Source: Felis catus
Lineage: Eukaryota
NCBI RefSeq assembly: GCF_018350175.1
Contig: NC_058368.1
Span: 33,482,001-33,546,000 of the forward strand
Direction: 5' to 3'
DNA length: 64,000 nt
The position numbers and the translations under genes were made by a program. Below are positions 39,061 to 52,880 of this stretch, in pieces (position 1 is the first letter of the stretch; the number at the start of each line of letters is the position of its first letter). The notes under the pieces are model-generated. The model saw only the letters and a program-made list of their open reading frames with translations, was not told where the DNA came from and made no database searches.

Positions 39061-39859
39061 ATAAAAACTTTTCAGAAGCATCTAGAAGCCTTTCTGATAT
39101 CTCAGTGGCCAAAATTGTAACATATGTCTCCGCCTGAATCAATCCATCACTTGATGAGAGGGTTGACACTACTCCAACTACCATAGAGCAGTAGAGATAG
39201 AAAGGTGAACTTTTGAGGCTATCAAGGGATCCTGCCTCCAATGAAGGACATGCCCCCTCACCAGGTGCAGTGAGTTAGGCGGAAAAAAAAGCAACATCAA
39301 TTTCATATCCTTCTGATATCAATTACTGTCTTGTCCAGTCCCACCCAACTTCCAGATGATTTACTCATTTTTAAAACCTGTGGGTTTCTTCCCTCAAGAT
39401 GCCATCATGCTACAATATGTCATCAAATCATTGCCTTGAATAAATTAGAAAAAATTTCCTCTCTCTATCTTCATATGTCACAGCAATGTTTTTGGAATAG
39501 AATAGATGCCTTGACATTTACCAGCATTATGTTTGCCAATGTACTTTTAAATTATATGATGGTACAGAATGTGATACTATCCTCTGTAGCCTTTGGCACA
39601 GTATTACACATAGAAGGGACCTGACATATATTAATTGAATGATTTAAATATCAAATTGTTAACAGTCTGAAATAGGTTTGCTGTTTACATTTGGTATGTG
39701 TCCCTTCAAAACTGGTTTCAATTTCCCAGATATACTAAAACCCTTTTATTTCTGCCCCTGCTAGAAATTTACATCTTTTCAGAATACTTCATTTTTAAAA
39801 TATATTCTCCATTGCTGCTATTTTCCTATATTGTACTCTTTAGTAATGTATTTTAAATA

Positions 39860-40037
39860 TATATATAAGAATTGGTTCACATGATTGTAGAGGCTGACAG
39901 CTCCCAAGGTCTGAAATCTCTGCAGTCAACAAGCAAAAGACCCAAGAGATCCGATGGTAACACCCTGAATAATGTTTAACCAAATATCTAAGTATCTCAT
40001 GGTCCAGTCAAGTTCACATATAAAGTTAACCATCCCA
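39860..40037 (-). mobile_element. MLT2-like (ERVL) LTR, internally deleted
   Basis: ggttcacatgattgtagaggctga and aataatgtttaaccaaatatct...ccagtcaagtt...aaagttaaccatccca. Confidence 0.7.
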
Positions 40038-41535
40038 ATAAGTCTTGTTTCGTTATGGTTATGCTCTGAGAGAACGTTACAAATTTACTGGGAAATTAAA
40101 AGTTGAGTGTCTTTCTAGCTGAGTTAATCATGCCAATACAATACAAATTTAATTTTGTTAATAAAATTATGCACATAATCTGAAAACAAAGGCAGTAACT
40201 GCTATAGCACAAGGCATGTATTTTGAATCAATATTTTTTAAATATTTAGCTTAGCTTATTATCCATATTATTCTAAGTATATCTAATGTAAATTTGTTTA
40301 TATGTGTAACTTATTTTTCTTTCAAAATGTTACTTGTGAGGGTAAAAGCCTTGGAAAACTCTCTCAGGATACAGTTAGATCTTACAAAATATAGCAAAGG
40401 ATTTATATCACAACTGTCATGACTCACAATTTCAAGTATTCTCTACTATATCTTCTGCCCCATTTTCAAATACCACCATATAAGATTTTCTCTTTATCCT
40501 TTGATTATATTTAGCTGTATGTGAGTGGTAGAGAATAAGAGAGGATAAGTTAACCATCCCAATACGCAGCATATTATCTACTGCATTCTAATTCTATATT
40601 GATATGAAACTGAAAAAAAATAACAAAACAACTAGATTTAGTAAAGCAAAATAGAGATTTTGGGAGGACTTCTCAGAAAAGCTAAAATATTTGTTAGCTG
40701 GAAAAAATACCTAAATAAGCATGCATTCCCTCAGAAAAAAAATCATATATTCAATATAGTATTTTGTACAAACATATATTTATGGAACTATTGCTTGTGC
40801 CTATTCTCACAGAGAAATTTTGGGTTAAAAACAAAATCAGTTTAAAAGCATCTTATTTCTTTGTATATTTTCAATTTATTTGATCCTGGGAACAGTAACC
40901 ACAGTACATCACAAGTATGAATCATTTGGGAGAAAAAAACGACTAGAAATGTAATAATGATAGCAATGTTTCTCAATAATTAAGTTGCAGTTTACTACTA
41001 GAAGTCGAGAGACAGAAAGGGTCCAACATATTATCCACAGTGTTCATGATCAAAAACTATTTCACTGTTGCTAAAGAAGCTACATAAAAATGTTTCCTCC
41101 GCTGATATTGAATGCTACTTTCTTTGCTTTTATTTTTCCTCTTTTTCTACGTGAACATAATGATTTTTTTTTCTTGTGGCCAAATCATATTGAAAATGTT
41201 AGGAAATATTAGGAAGATGTTCATTATGTTTGGAATATGATGTAGATAAAGCATAGGTCTGAAGGCATAAATAGAATCCTCTGGGGGGAGAGACTGAAGA
41301 AGCCTTTAAATAAGTGAACTTCTCCAAAATAAGTGAAACTATATTACCTCTGAAGATGCCAATTTTGATGAAGAAATGTGGAAATGTGTGTCACATTCAG
41401 CTGGATTCCAAAGGTAGAAGAAACAAATTAATTTTTAATATAATCAACAAATGGTAGTCACAGTGGCAGGTGTTGTGAAGGCTCAGCATTCGTTTCTAAC
41501 TGAGCTTCTTTTCTCTTAAGAAATTCCACATAGAT

Positions 41536-41740
41536 GGGGCACCTCAGTCGGTTAAGCGGCCGACTTCAGCTCAGGTCATGATCTCGCGGTCTGTGAGTTC
41601 GAGCCCCGTGTCAGGCTCTGTGCCGACAGCTCAGAGCCTGGAGCCTGTTTCAGAATCTGTGTCTCCCTCTCTCTCTGGCCCTCCCCTGTTCATGCTCTGT
41701 CTCTCTCTGTCTCAAAAATAAATAAATGTTTAAAAAAGAA
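41536..41740 (+). mobile_element. CAN-SINE (young; small deletion in the head)
   Basis: TSD aagaaat(t/a)ccacataga (41518-41534 and 41741-41757). Confidence 0.95.
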
Positions 41741-42807
41741 AAGAAATACCACATAGAGAACTGAAGATTGAGAAGAAGCATGAATGGGCTGGTTTGATGA
41801 TGGACAACTATTATTCAGAGCAGGCAGGCCAGGTAGTCAAAATGCATTTATCCTAATGAATGTAACAATCAAATCATTACCTTATTCTAATACTTCATAT
41901 TTCCCCAGACTTTTCTGGTGTATTCCTCTTCCCCTGCAAAGCTTAGGTTTACAACATGTTGATACAGGAGAAAAAGTCAGGGTGAATATTTTTTTTCAAT
42001 AGAAAAAGCTAAAGATGGACAACAAGAACGAGTATTATTATATCGTTGAGTATTTTCCTAGATACAATTTTCTGATGAGGAGTAGAAGGTGCTTTTAATA
42101 GCAGGACTACATCTCTTGATGATTTCTTGATTCTAGAACCATTCAACTCAAATACAAAAACCAGGAATGGGGATTCCTAAACAGCGGCATGTAAATTTAG
42201 GGATAATGATACTAGTTGTAAAACTTAAATTTTAAGTTCATGCCATTGTCAAAATATTTCAAATAGTTACATGAATAATATTAGATCAATCATAAATCTG
42301 TTTCAAAGCTTTGAAATGTTGAAATAGTGTAGACAGCACCATTTCAATGCACATAAGTAGAAAAAACCCTCTTCTTGCCCAGAAAGAAGTTCAAAATTCC
42401 ATAACACTGAGATACTTCTTTCAGTTTGAGGAGTTTGCAAATTAAATTCAAGAACTATGTACTCATCGTATAAAAACATATGGAATGAGAAAGAAAGGTC
42501 TCTTGTTTCTGATTTCTTTGAACATACACAACTTGTTGCAGTCATAATGACATCTTTGTTCTCCCAGGTAATTGAATTTTTTTTGACAAATTACACATAA
42601 AGTATAACATTATTTTAACATGCCTATGAGATGGAGTAATTTGTCAAATATGGTATCACGCAATGCACTCCTTGTAAAATATAGACTTTAAAATGTGTAG
42701 TACAGAGTAATAGAGAATGATAGTATTTTTGTGTGTATGAAAGAAAAGAAAGTTTAAAATATTAAAACAGCACGGAACTCATGCCCATTGAGACAATTTA
42801 GACTTTG

Positions 42808-42819
42808 AACACACATGCG

Positions 42820-42858
<39 letters not shown>
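42808..42858. repeat. (CA)n microsatellite
   Basis: Interrupted CA repeat. Confidence 0.95.
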
Positions 42859-42861
<3 letters not shown>

Positions 42862-43648
42862 AAAAGTAACAATGAAACTTTGTGTTGTCCTTTATTTTCT
42901 TGTTTATTTTGCCTAAAGGATACAAAATATCAAACTATGAAGTCAATTATCTCTTAGGTTTTGCACAATTTTCTCTGAATATATAGCTTATATACCTTAC
43001 AGTATCCCTGTTATTTTGTTTATATTATCAACTGACAGAAGTAGAATTTCTGTTTATTTCCTTTAGCCAGGTACTGACAAAACATCCTATAATGTGGATA
43101 CTTAGTATATAGCACTTGATAAGGAAGATAATGTTCCAATTTAAACTAGAATATAATGCATCCCATTCAGGATTTCCTATTTGCTTTCCTTTTCAAAGAA
43201 TGACAGTGTTCTCTCACACACTTTATACACTCAGTATACACAGAAACTGTAACATACTCTGAATGATGTTACGGAAATTCAAAATTGTCTGCATAGGATA
43301 CAGAATGTTATCAAAGTTAGAAAACTCACTGCTGTGCTGTACTCTACTCCGTAGTAGCTAGAAACAGAGACATAGCATTTTCTTCTCAGAGGCAGCCCAA
43401 AATGCCACAGATTCAAAGCAAGGAAATAAGAATTCTTTCAAGTATTTTAGAAGGGTTCTTTCCCTTCAAGTTGCCATCTTCCGTTGCTAAGAAGGAAGAC
43501 AGAGAACACCCAGCAGTCTTTCAAATTATACCAATGTTAAAAAAAAGTCTCTAAGCTGAAATTAGGTATATCTGATTTTAGGTGATTGCGTTCCCTGCAT
43601 CTTTTCATTATAGGCAGAATCAAGGCCACAAAAAAACGAGTCAGTCTT

Positions 43649-43929
43649 TTTATTGTCTTTTTTTATGCAATTTATTTTTTAATTTAATTTTAGTTAACAT
43701 ACAGTGTGATATTACTTTCAGGAGTAGAATTCAGTGGTTCACCACGTGCATACAACACCCAGTGCTCATCACAAATGTCCTCCCTAACACCTCTTACCCA
43801 TTTAGGCCAGCTCCCACCCACCTCTCCTCATCAACCCTCAGTTTGTTCTCTATCATTAAGAATCTCTTGTGGTTTGTTTCCTTCCCTTGTCTTCCCGTCT
43901 CCCCTTCCCATATGTTCATCTGTTTTGGC
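43649..43929 (-). mobile_element. 5'-truncated carnivore L1 (3'UTR only)
   Basis: Antisense L1 3'UTR (atacaacacccagtgctcatc, caaccctcagtttgttctc); 15-bp TSD aaa(c/t)gagtcagtctt. Confidence 0.9.
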
Positions 43930-45035
43930 AAATGAGTCAGTCTTAAATGAGGAGCCATATAATTTGTCTTCAGGCTATTTTCTATGGTCAGTATTTGAAT
44001 GTGACACCACGTTGAAAATAGCACAAATTTAGGCAAAGTTAGGAGACTCTTGTACCAGTTACTTATTTACTATCCTATGGCTAATCAGCATATATCAATT
44101 TAGATAGATACGCACAGTCTAGTATTTTTATAGAACAAGGACTGAGAGTGCCTGTGCTTTAATTTTTTTAGATAAATTACTTCAAGTATTTTGCATATTT
44201 TTCTTTGATGCATACAATTGTAAAGTCTTAGCAAGTAGATGAGCTATTGGGTTTGATGTTTAAATATTATTTTTAATAAAATATCTGGATATTGAAATGG
44301 CATCTCAAAGGCAGTTAAATTTACTTTCGTGTTTGAAAATTGTAAGTTAAATTTAATTCAAGATATATGTGTCTAAAATTTGTAGGTAATAAATTATTGA
44401 TGTACTTTTTTATTACACCCAAATGGCAACTTCTTATAAATGATAGCACTCTACAAAAGCCTAATAGTTTTTCTTTTATGGGAGATTTAATTAGTAGACT
44501 CTCAATTCAGTGATATACAGCCACCAAATCTGTTCTCTCGCTGAATCTCTACAGGCCTCCTGGGTTCTACAGATGCACAGATTAATCTAGATCCTTCAGG
44601 GGAAATTGTGTAACAAAATTCCTCATTTCTGATTGAAGAATACCATGCAAACCGCTGCAAGTTTTTGTTTTTGGCCCTGATTATTGTTGAAGCTATATGG
44701 TTAGTATTCTCGATGTGGCCTCTAAAGGATTATACCCAAAAACCACCTAGTGATTATTCAAAAATCAGGAAGGATCTAGATTGACTGTGGTGATGGCTAC
44801 AGAGCTGAAGAGGGGAAGGACATGATCATTACTTATGTGTTTCTCACTTTCGTATTTTCATGGGAAAGTACAGCTTAATGTCTGCAACTGAGACCTACTT
44901 TAGCTAGTAAAATGGAATTAGCTTTATCATGAAAGAAAAGCAGTTGAATGAGCCAGAGAACAAATTGTCCATATAATGTTTTATTATGTATTAGTGTATT
45001 TGGCTTTTGCAAAAATGCACATTATTATATATCAT

Positions 45036-45046
45036 ACACACACACA

Positions 45047-45084
<38 letters not shown>
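45036..45084. repeat. (AC)n(GT)n self-complementary microsatellite
   Basis: acacac...cacgtgtgtg... Confidence 0.95.
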
Positions 45085-45087
<3 letters not shown>

Positions 45088-46959
45088 TTTTCCTGAAACA
45101 AACTAGTAAATTGGTTGTGCGTTATTAAAAATATCTGTGTGGCTCTTTCTACCCATTTATTTTTTCTGACCTCCTATCCCATAAATTTCAGTTGAATTTC
45201 ATGATACTTAAGAGCCAACAAGGCCTTAATGACTTTATGAAGAGGCCTCTGTGCACCTGAAATGGAGGCTGGCTTTCAAGGACAAATCTTCATTTCTCTT
45301 TAGATTCAGGTTTTAACTTACTTAAAGCAAAGTTCAGGGGCCCAAGAAATTAAAGTTCACCCAAGCTCTTACGTCTTATTGTAAGAGAACAGGAGATACT
45401 TTATCCTACCTCAGTGAGGAAACAGGATGCAGGAGAGAGAGGCTGAGGTTGGTGATGGGCATAGGGAAATACAGAGGTAATTTTACCAATATATACTGTT
45501 TTGACTGGGGTTGGCTGAAATTTTAAGTATGTCAAGTCTTACAAAATTGGCATCACAGATAAAACATATGTTAAAGATAAACATATGTTAAAACATAACA
45601 CACAGATTAAAAAAATGACCAAATAATCAGACTGTTTTTTTTTTTCTGGAACCAAATCTTCTCTTTTCATTCAGCAATGTGTCTGTCCTATATATCCTTT
45701 ATGGTCATAGGTTAAACACAGTGCCAAAGGTTACCCAGAATATGTCAGAGAGATAAATGTCCATTTATAATGTCACTATAGGCTCACATGCTGTACTAGC
45801 CATTAAATATTTCTAATATTAACTTTACATACAGATATAACTGACCTTTTATTGATAGCTTCATAGAACTCCATTTTATGGTTCTTCTGTATTTAAGCAT
45901 GCCCAAATTACTGGCTCCATAGTTTTCCAATATGGGAAATCCTATGTTAAACATCTTTATAGCATATCTTAGCATACTTGACTATTATCTTCTTGGGACA
46001 AATTTAACAAGTGGAGCTAGTGGCTCGAATTAATTTTGATGCCTATTGTCAGAATATGCTCCGAAAGAGCAGTTCTAATTTACATGGCTTCCAAGATTGT
46101 ATGAGACTACCTCTTCTCCTTAATCTCTGGGAGGACTGAAAAGTAATATCTATTTTGATTTCACATTTCTCTTCTTTTTTTTTTCAAATTCTCAGTAATA
46201 TATTTCTTTAATTTTCTTAAAATAAGTATGTACTACTTTGAAAATCACACATGCACAAACGACTAAGAATTTTTGTTAAGAATAACTCCAATGTAGAACT
46301 GCTTCCTACCCATTCTGAATCGTAACAGACTTTGGAAATGATCAAAGCCCAAGCCATTGGCATTGATAATAAAATGGAGACATCCAAGATGCTCCAGTCT
46401 GACCAGACACATCCCAGAGCTGACCATAGAGCCAAATCTCTAAATCTCAAGAAATTACTATACCAGGGTCCTCAACCAATTTGAGCCCCCCATAGAGCCA
46501 TCTGGTCAATGGTTGACAGCTTCCTCTAATGGCAACATTTACTCTCTTTACTGATAAGGACTGAAGAGAGATAAGACACTTTGAAAGACCAGCAGGAAAT
46601 TTAGTTAAAAGGCAAGCCTGGATTTAATGAAAATGCACATTACAGGGAACCACTTTCATTCTCCTGGAAATTTGCTCCTAATGACCCGTAGTGAGTATTA
46701 CTGTAAAAATACAAGAAACTAGGCAGAGGCAAAACTTGGTAGTGAATTATTAAAATTCATTGTAAGGCCAGGATCACATTATGTTATGGTTTTCATTTCT
46801 GAACTTTAAAGTATTTTTCTCCTTTGGCACAATTTTTGTACATTTTTATATTAGCTTGTTCATTTTTTTTCTTATTGATTTCTCTGGTAGTTAGAAGATG
46901 TTTACACTTTGGGGGGGTGTGGCTTGCTGTTAAGCTTATCTATCTTTTCCTACTTTGTG

Positions 46960-48170
46960 TCTTTTATGTTTATTCTTTAGGTTCACAGCAAAGTTGTGAG
47001 GAAAGTACTGGGAGTTCCCATATACCACCTGCCCCCACATATACATAAGTCTCCCCACTATTAAAAGCCCACGCCAGAGTAGTTCATTTGTTACAATCAA
47101 TGAATCTACACTGAAATATCATTATCACCCAAAATCCAGTGTATCTTAGGGTTCACTCTTGATGTTTTACATTCTATGGATTTGGACAAATGTATATTGA
47201 TATGTATCCATGACTGTAGTATCATACAGAAGAGTATCAGTGCGCTAAGAATTCTCTATGCTTTGCCTATCTATTCCTCCCTCCTCCTAACCCATGGCAA
47301 CCACTGATCCTTTTACTGGCTCCGTAGTTTTGCTTTTTTCATTGGATGACATAATTGGAATCATAGTATATTATCTTTTCAGCATGGCGTCTTTCACTTA
47401 GTAATAATAATTCAAGGTTACTTCCGTGTCTTTTCATGACTTGATAATTCATCAATTTTTAATGTTGAATAATAATCAATTTTCCAGATATAGCACAGTT
47501 TACTTACAAATCACCTGCCGAGGGACATTTTGGTTTCCAAGTTTTGGCAACTTTGAAAAAACCAGATATAAGCATTAATGTGCAATTTGTTGTGTGGTCA
47601 TGTTGTTAACTGCTTTGAGTACATCCCCAAGAGCATGATTGATGGGTCATATGGCAAGAGTATGTTTACTTATGTAAGAAACTGCTAAACTGTCTTCCAA
47701 AGTGGCTGTACCATTTTTGCATTTCTACCATCAGTAGATGGGAGTTCTTGTTTCACATCCTCACTGGCACTGAGTGTTGTCAGTGCCTTTTGTTTGGGGC
47801 AATTGTAATGGGTATGCAATGGTATACTACTGTTGTTTTAATTTATAATTCCCTAATGACCTATAATATTGAGTATCTTCTTGTCTGCTGTATATCTTCC
47901 TTGGTGAGGTGTCTAGGTCTTTTGCCCATTTTTTTTAACTGAGCTATTCCTTTTCTTATCATTGAGTTTTAAGAGTTCTTTGTATATTTCAGAAAACATT
48001 CCTCTATCATACATGTCTTTTGCAAATATTTTTCTCCCAGTGTGTGGCTAGTCTTCTCATTCTCTTGACAGTGTCTTTTGCAGAGTGGAATTTTTAAATG
48101 CTAATTAAGTGCAGTATATCAATTCTTTCTTTTATGGATCCTGACTTTGGTATTGTGGCTAACAAGTTTT
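46960..48170 (-). mobile_element. Old L1 3' end (L1MC1-like)
   Basis: tttaggttcacagcaaa, gagttcccatatacc, ggcaaccactgatc and aactgtcttccaaagtggctgtacc motifs. Confidence 0.85.
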
Positions 48171-48399
48171 GCGTATGTAAGTAGTCAAATCTATCATTTT
48201 GAAAAAAAGTCAGTCAGATCAGTCTCATCCTTTAATATGTCTTCTCTCCCAACCTCTGTAAAAAATATGCACATATATTTTCTTTAGCATGTTACAAATA
48301 CCAAACCATTAAACAAATCAGAAAACAAAAAGTATGAAATTGTAGAATCAGAGTCAAAATATATTTCCAAGGAAATTCATGCAATATCTATATGTTTTA

Positions 48400-48960
48400 A
48401 TTCACTAAAATAATCCTTATGGGGTGCCTATATATTTTGGTGCTAAGGATGTAAGTACAAATAAAATAAACCCCCTTTATTCACACAGTTTACAGTTAAG
48501 AGAATAAAAATAAAGTATGGTTAGCTAAACAGAGAGTACACGGTGGCGTGGGTTTGCGAGAAGCCCTCACTATTAAGATGAAAATGTAACGGAGATACGA
48601 TGGCAGTAGCCATAAACACATGTGGAGGATGAGTCTTCTCTGAAGAGGTATTGAAAGTTCATAGGCTATAGGAAAGATGTGTACTTGCGGTATTCACTGA
48701 AAAATAAGGAGGCTAATGTGAGGATAGTGGAAATTTAGTCAGAGATAAGGGGCGTTGGGGAAGATCCATTATGACCTTGTCTGTCTTTGTAAAGATTTTG
48801 CATTTTACTTTGTTAGATAATAAGATATGGGAGTATTTGGGGGCAGAAGAGAGACATGGCTGAAGTTATATTTTTAAATGAGCACCCAGCTAATCATGTT
48901 GAGATTACGTACGTGTGTGGTGGGGAAAAAGATGTCCTAAAAAGTACTAGAAGGAGTCTG
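48400..48960 (-). mobile_element. LINE-2 fragment
   Basis: Antisense L2 motifs (gtaaagattttgcattttact, gcagaagagagacatggctga). Confidence 0.6.
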
Positions 48961-49226
48961 GTATACATCCCAAGTTAGACCTCAATAATAACAGAGTTGT
49001 TAGGACAAAAATAAAGAACTGACCCCAAGATGTCAGTCAGACATAAATTTGTAAAGGCATTTATGTTGATTAAAATGAAAATACCTTTCATCCTTTGTAT
49101 TTTTTCCTCTTATATATATCACTTGTATAAAATAGAGTTGCTTTGCCTTTTCCTTTTCTTTTTGCCTTTTACCATCCTAAATGGATTCACCTGGTAGAGA
49201 ACTTCCTTAAAATTGATTTAGGTCTT

Positions 49227-49450
49227 GGGGCACCTGGGTGGCTCAGTTGGTTAAGCATCCAACTTCAGCTCAGGTCACGATCTTGCAGTTGGTGGGTTTG
49301 AGTCTTGTGTTGGGCTCTGGGCTGACAGCCCAGAGTCTGGATCCTGCTTCAGATTCTGTGTTTCCCTCTCTCTCTCTGCCCCTCCCCCCACTCATACTCT
49401 ACACACTCTCTCTCTAAAATAAAATAAAATAAAATAAAATAAATCATTAA
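49227..49450 (+). mobile_element. CAN-SINE
   Basis: 17-bp TSD aaaattgatttaggtct (49209-49225 and 49451-49467). Confidence 0.95.
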
Positions 49451-49938
49451 AAAATTGATTTAGGTCTCCATCCAGACCTTTATATATTCACATCAGAAAC
49501 GTTCAGGAGTAAAGTTACATAGAATTTTTGGGGTTTCCCATGAGCTACATGTCTTTACTGCACCATGTATATGACCTATATAGGAATGAAGAAAAGTTCA
49601 TGGTGAGGTGGAAGGAGTGGCAGGCCTGGGAAAGGGTGGGAAACGTGGAGATGAGGGAACCTGATGCACTCTACAGCTCCAATTGCTATTTTTTCAATTT
49701 CTTCTCGTGATGATTGCCAAACCCACTGCTCTGTGTATGTGGACTCAGAACCAGAAGCATGTCCTAATTCTCCTCAGAGAAGGATTACATTTCATATAAT
49801 TCTGAATTATACACTTTTATTATTTTCTTCATAAATTTAATTTCCTTTTTTCTTCCTATAATATCCATGGTCAATTTAATTCTACAATGTTATTATTTTT
49901 TTCATAAAAGCACATTTCTTCTAATTTTGATAGTAACA

Positions 49939-50006
49939 TGAAATAGAGGAGTGATATATACTAAGTGATAGTATAGAGTGAAATAGAGGAGTGATATATA
50001 CTAAGT
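49939..50006. repeat. Near-tandem duplication of a 28-bp unique sequence
   Basis: tgaaatagaggagtgatatatactaagt at 49939-49966 and 49979-50006. Confidence 0.9.
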
Positions 50007-51844
50007 CTACTTGATGCAAGTAGAAACCTAGTTCTTGCTTACACCATGTTTATGCTGTGCCTACATGCAAATGACTAGGTTCCCCATCAGAATGTGGAGC
50101 AAAGTTTATGGCACACATACATACGTGGTTCTAGAAACAGAAGACCACTGGATTGAAAGTACAACATTAACAGCATAAAATTGCCAGTTTTCAAGGTTGG
50201 AATTATCTGATGAAAAGGCTGCTACTGAAATAATTAAATTATAATAGTTGAATGACTCTTGGATGATATTCTGACAGCATTTAAACCTATTGGTCTAGCA
50301 CATGAAAACAGGCAGAATACTGAGTCATTTTTGTTACTTTAAATCATTCAGTATATTAAGTCAAACACACTTCATGGCATTTTAGTAATAGGAGCGTGTG
50401 TTAAAATTGTAAGTATGTAAATCGTCATGGATATAAAAGTAAAGTAAATAAATGTTAATGTTCTCAGACAAGCAAAGGGAAAAGAGAAATAAACAACAGC
50501 AAAATGGCTATATTTAAGATTACTATTTAAAAAGTCAAATTTAAAGAGCTCACTAATTAAAAGAATTCTAAAAAAATTACTTGAAAATCTTATCATTAAA
50601 TATCTCTAGCTTTCACTAGGCCCTTTTATTTATCTACATAGTTCCCTACTTTTATTCTCTCTCTCGTCTTAAAAATGTACAACTTAAATAAAGTGGAAAC
50701 ACTCCTTCATTGACATAGACCTCAAAAATCTGAAAATTATATGAAATTGAATTGATAATTATAAGCAAATTTTTCTAATAAATACCAACAGAATCACATA
50801 ATACTAGAGTTCAGTTTAAATATCAAAATTTCTGCATTGTGCTTTAAAAATTATATTACTGTTTCTTCTAGAGGACCTCAATGGGATGGAATGAAAATAC
50901 TTTTTTTTTTTTTTGCAAACAATCAGTGAGTGATTGATTATGCCTGTCCATACACATGTCTGATGGATTTAAAAGTGATAGTATCTCTAATTGCAAATCC
51001 AATACCTGATTAATGTTGTTCTGAAGTTTAGTGACCTTTTAAAATAGAAAAGTATTTCACATCAATCACTGCATTGTTACTCATCAGAATATCCATTTTC
51101 ACTCATTTGGATATGTGCTGCTATTGGGCAATGTGCCATTACTCCTTAACAACTGAGGCTTAAACTACTAAATTGCTTTCATATAGGCAAAAAGAAATGC
51201 AGATGTAAGCCATGTAGACTCCTCTGATTCACAATATTCACTACAAGGAGAATGTTCCTTTGGCAAAGAGAAATCTGAGGAGAGCAGTCTATGATAGATT
51301 TTGGTTCACGGTGAGCTACAAACCACCCTAGACCTTAGCAACTTCTCTGGATAAAATAAAGAAAACCTCACAGGTGTATTAGTGATATGCACATAATAGG
51401 AATTCATTAACAATTGTGTATGAGCAACTATAAAACTGACATTTTATGCAACCATGCAAATTTATGCAGTGGTGTCAGAATAACAAACCTAAATTATACA
51501 GGTAGATGACTTAACTACAATGATTAATAAGCAATTGCAAGCATTTAGGTTGTTTTTAAGTAAATGTTATGCAAATATGCTTGAATCAAAAATTAAAAGC
51601 TAAACAAACATGCTAAACTTTCAAGTAACTGCTAACATAAATGTTAATCTGACACAAATACTCTTTTGTTATTTATTTTACTTGTCAGGCCCTCTGTGAC
51701 CTACGTTAAGGAAAAATCACTTGTGTGCTCACATATTACAAAGAGAATAAATCTACATAATTTTAGTTCTCATTTTTAAAATAAAGAATTAAAATGGAAT
51801 ATAACCAAAAAACCACAAGTTGAAACTACATATATAGTCTAAAA

Positions 51845-52880
51845 TTTTATTTTTATAACTCTATTGAGTTGTAATTGACATCCAGTAATTAAATAAAGTT
51901 TATAATTTGATGTTTTGATATCTGTATACAATTATGAATCCAACATCAAAATGGTAAAGAACATATCTATCACCCTCAAAAGCTTCCTTATACCCTGTTT
52001 AATCCGTTTTGTCTGCCTCTCCCCACATCCCCCAACCTATCACCTTCCCTAGATAATCTGTAATCTACTTACTGTTACTAAAGATCAATTTGCATTGTAT
52101 AGAATTTAAGACAAATGAAATTTATACAGGATGTACTTTTTTTAAAGTTCCTATAAATCTTTTTTCCTCAGTTTTTTTTGAGGAATAAATGACATACATC
52201 ACTGTATAAGTTAAGGCATAAATCATGATGGCTTGAATTACATGTATTATGAAATGATTACTACAATAGGTTCAGGTAATGCCCATCTTCTCAAATAAAT
52301 ACAAAAAAAATATTTTTTTTCCTTGTGGTGAGAACTCTTAACAACTTTCTAGGAGTGTTTCTATAGTTTCTATAAACAACTTTATAGCAGTGTTAGCTAT
52401 AGTCCTCATGTTGCACATTATAATCCCTGGTGCTTATTTATTTTATAATTGGAAGTTTGTACCTTCCTCAAATTCCTCCTCTCTTCCATCCCTCCACCTC
52501 TGGTAACTACAAGTATGATCACTTTTTCTATAAGGTGGTTTTGTTTGTTTTTTTTTTAAATTCTACCTATAAGTGAGATTATACAGTATTTGTTTTTCTC
52601 TGTCTCACATATTTCTCACTTATTTCGCTTTGAGTAATTTCCAATATCCCATCCTCCAGGTTGCTGATTCTTTCTTCTGCATGGTTGAGTCTACCTTTGA
52701 AACTCTGTTGAATTCTTTGGTTTAGTTATTGTATTTTTCAACTCTAGGGTTTGTTTTTTTCTTTTTTTTTCTTTTTTGCTTTCATTCTTTTTTTCTTCCT
52801 TCCTTCCATTCGTTCCTTCTTTCTTTTTTTTTTTATGGTAGTTGCTGTTTCCTTGTTAACTTCTTGTTTTGTTCATGCAA
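51845..52880 (-). mobile_element. Nested antisense L1 fragments (two 3' ends and an ORF1-region piece)
   Basis: 3' end motifs at about 51850 and 52172; cctctggtaactac and ataagtgagattatacagtatttg motifs. Confidence 0.7.

Noticed and set aside
38809..39624. Short ORFs in the unique island
   Set aside because: No recognisable domains, and no consistent splice or coding pattern.
42425..42567. Exon-like segment (ttctttcag ... CAG|gtaatt)
   Set aside because: All three frames have early stops, the peptide after the internal ATG resembles nothing I recognise, and there are no partner exons.
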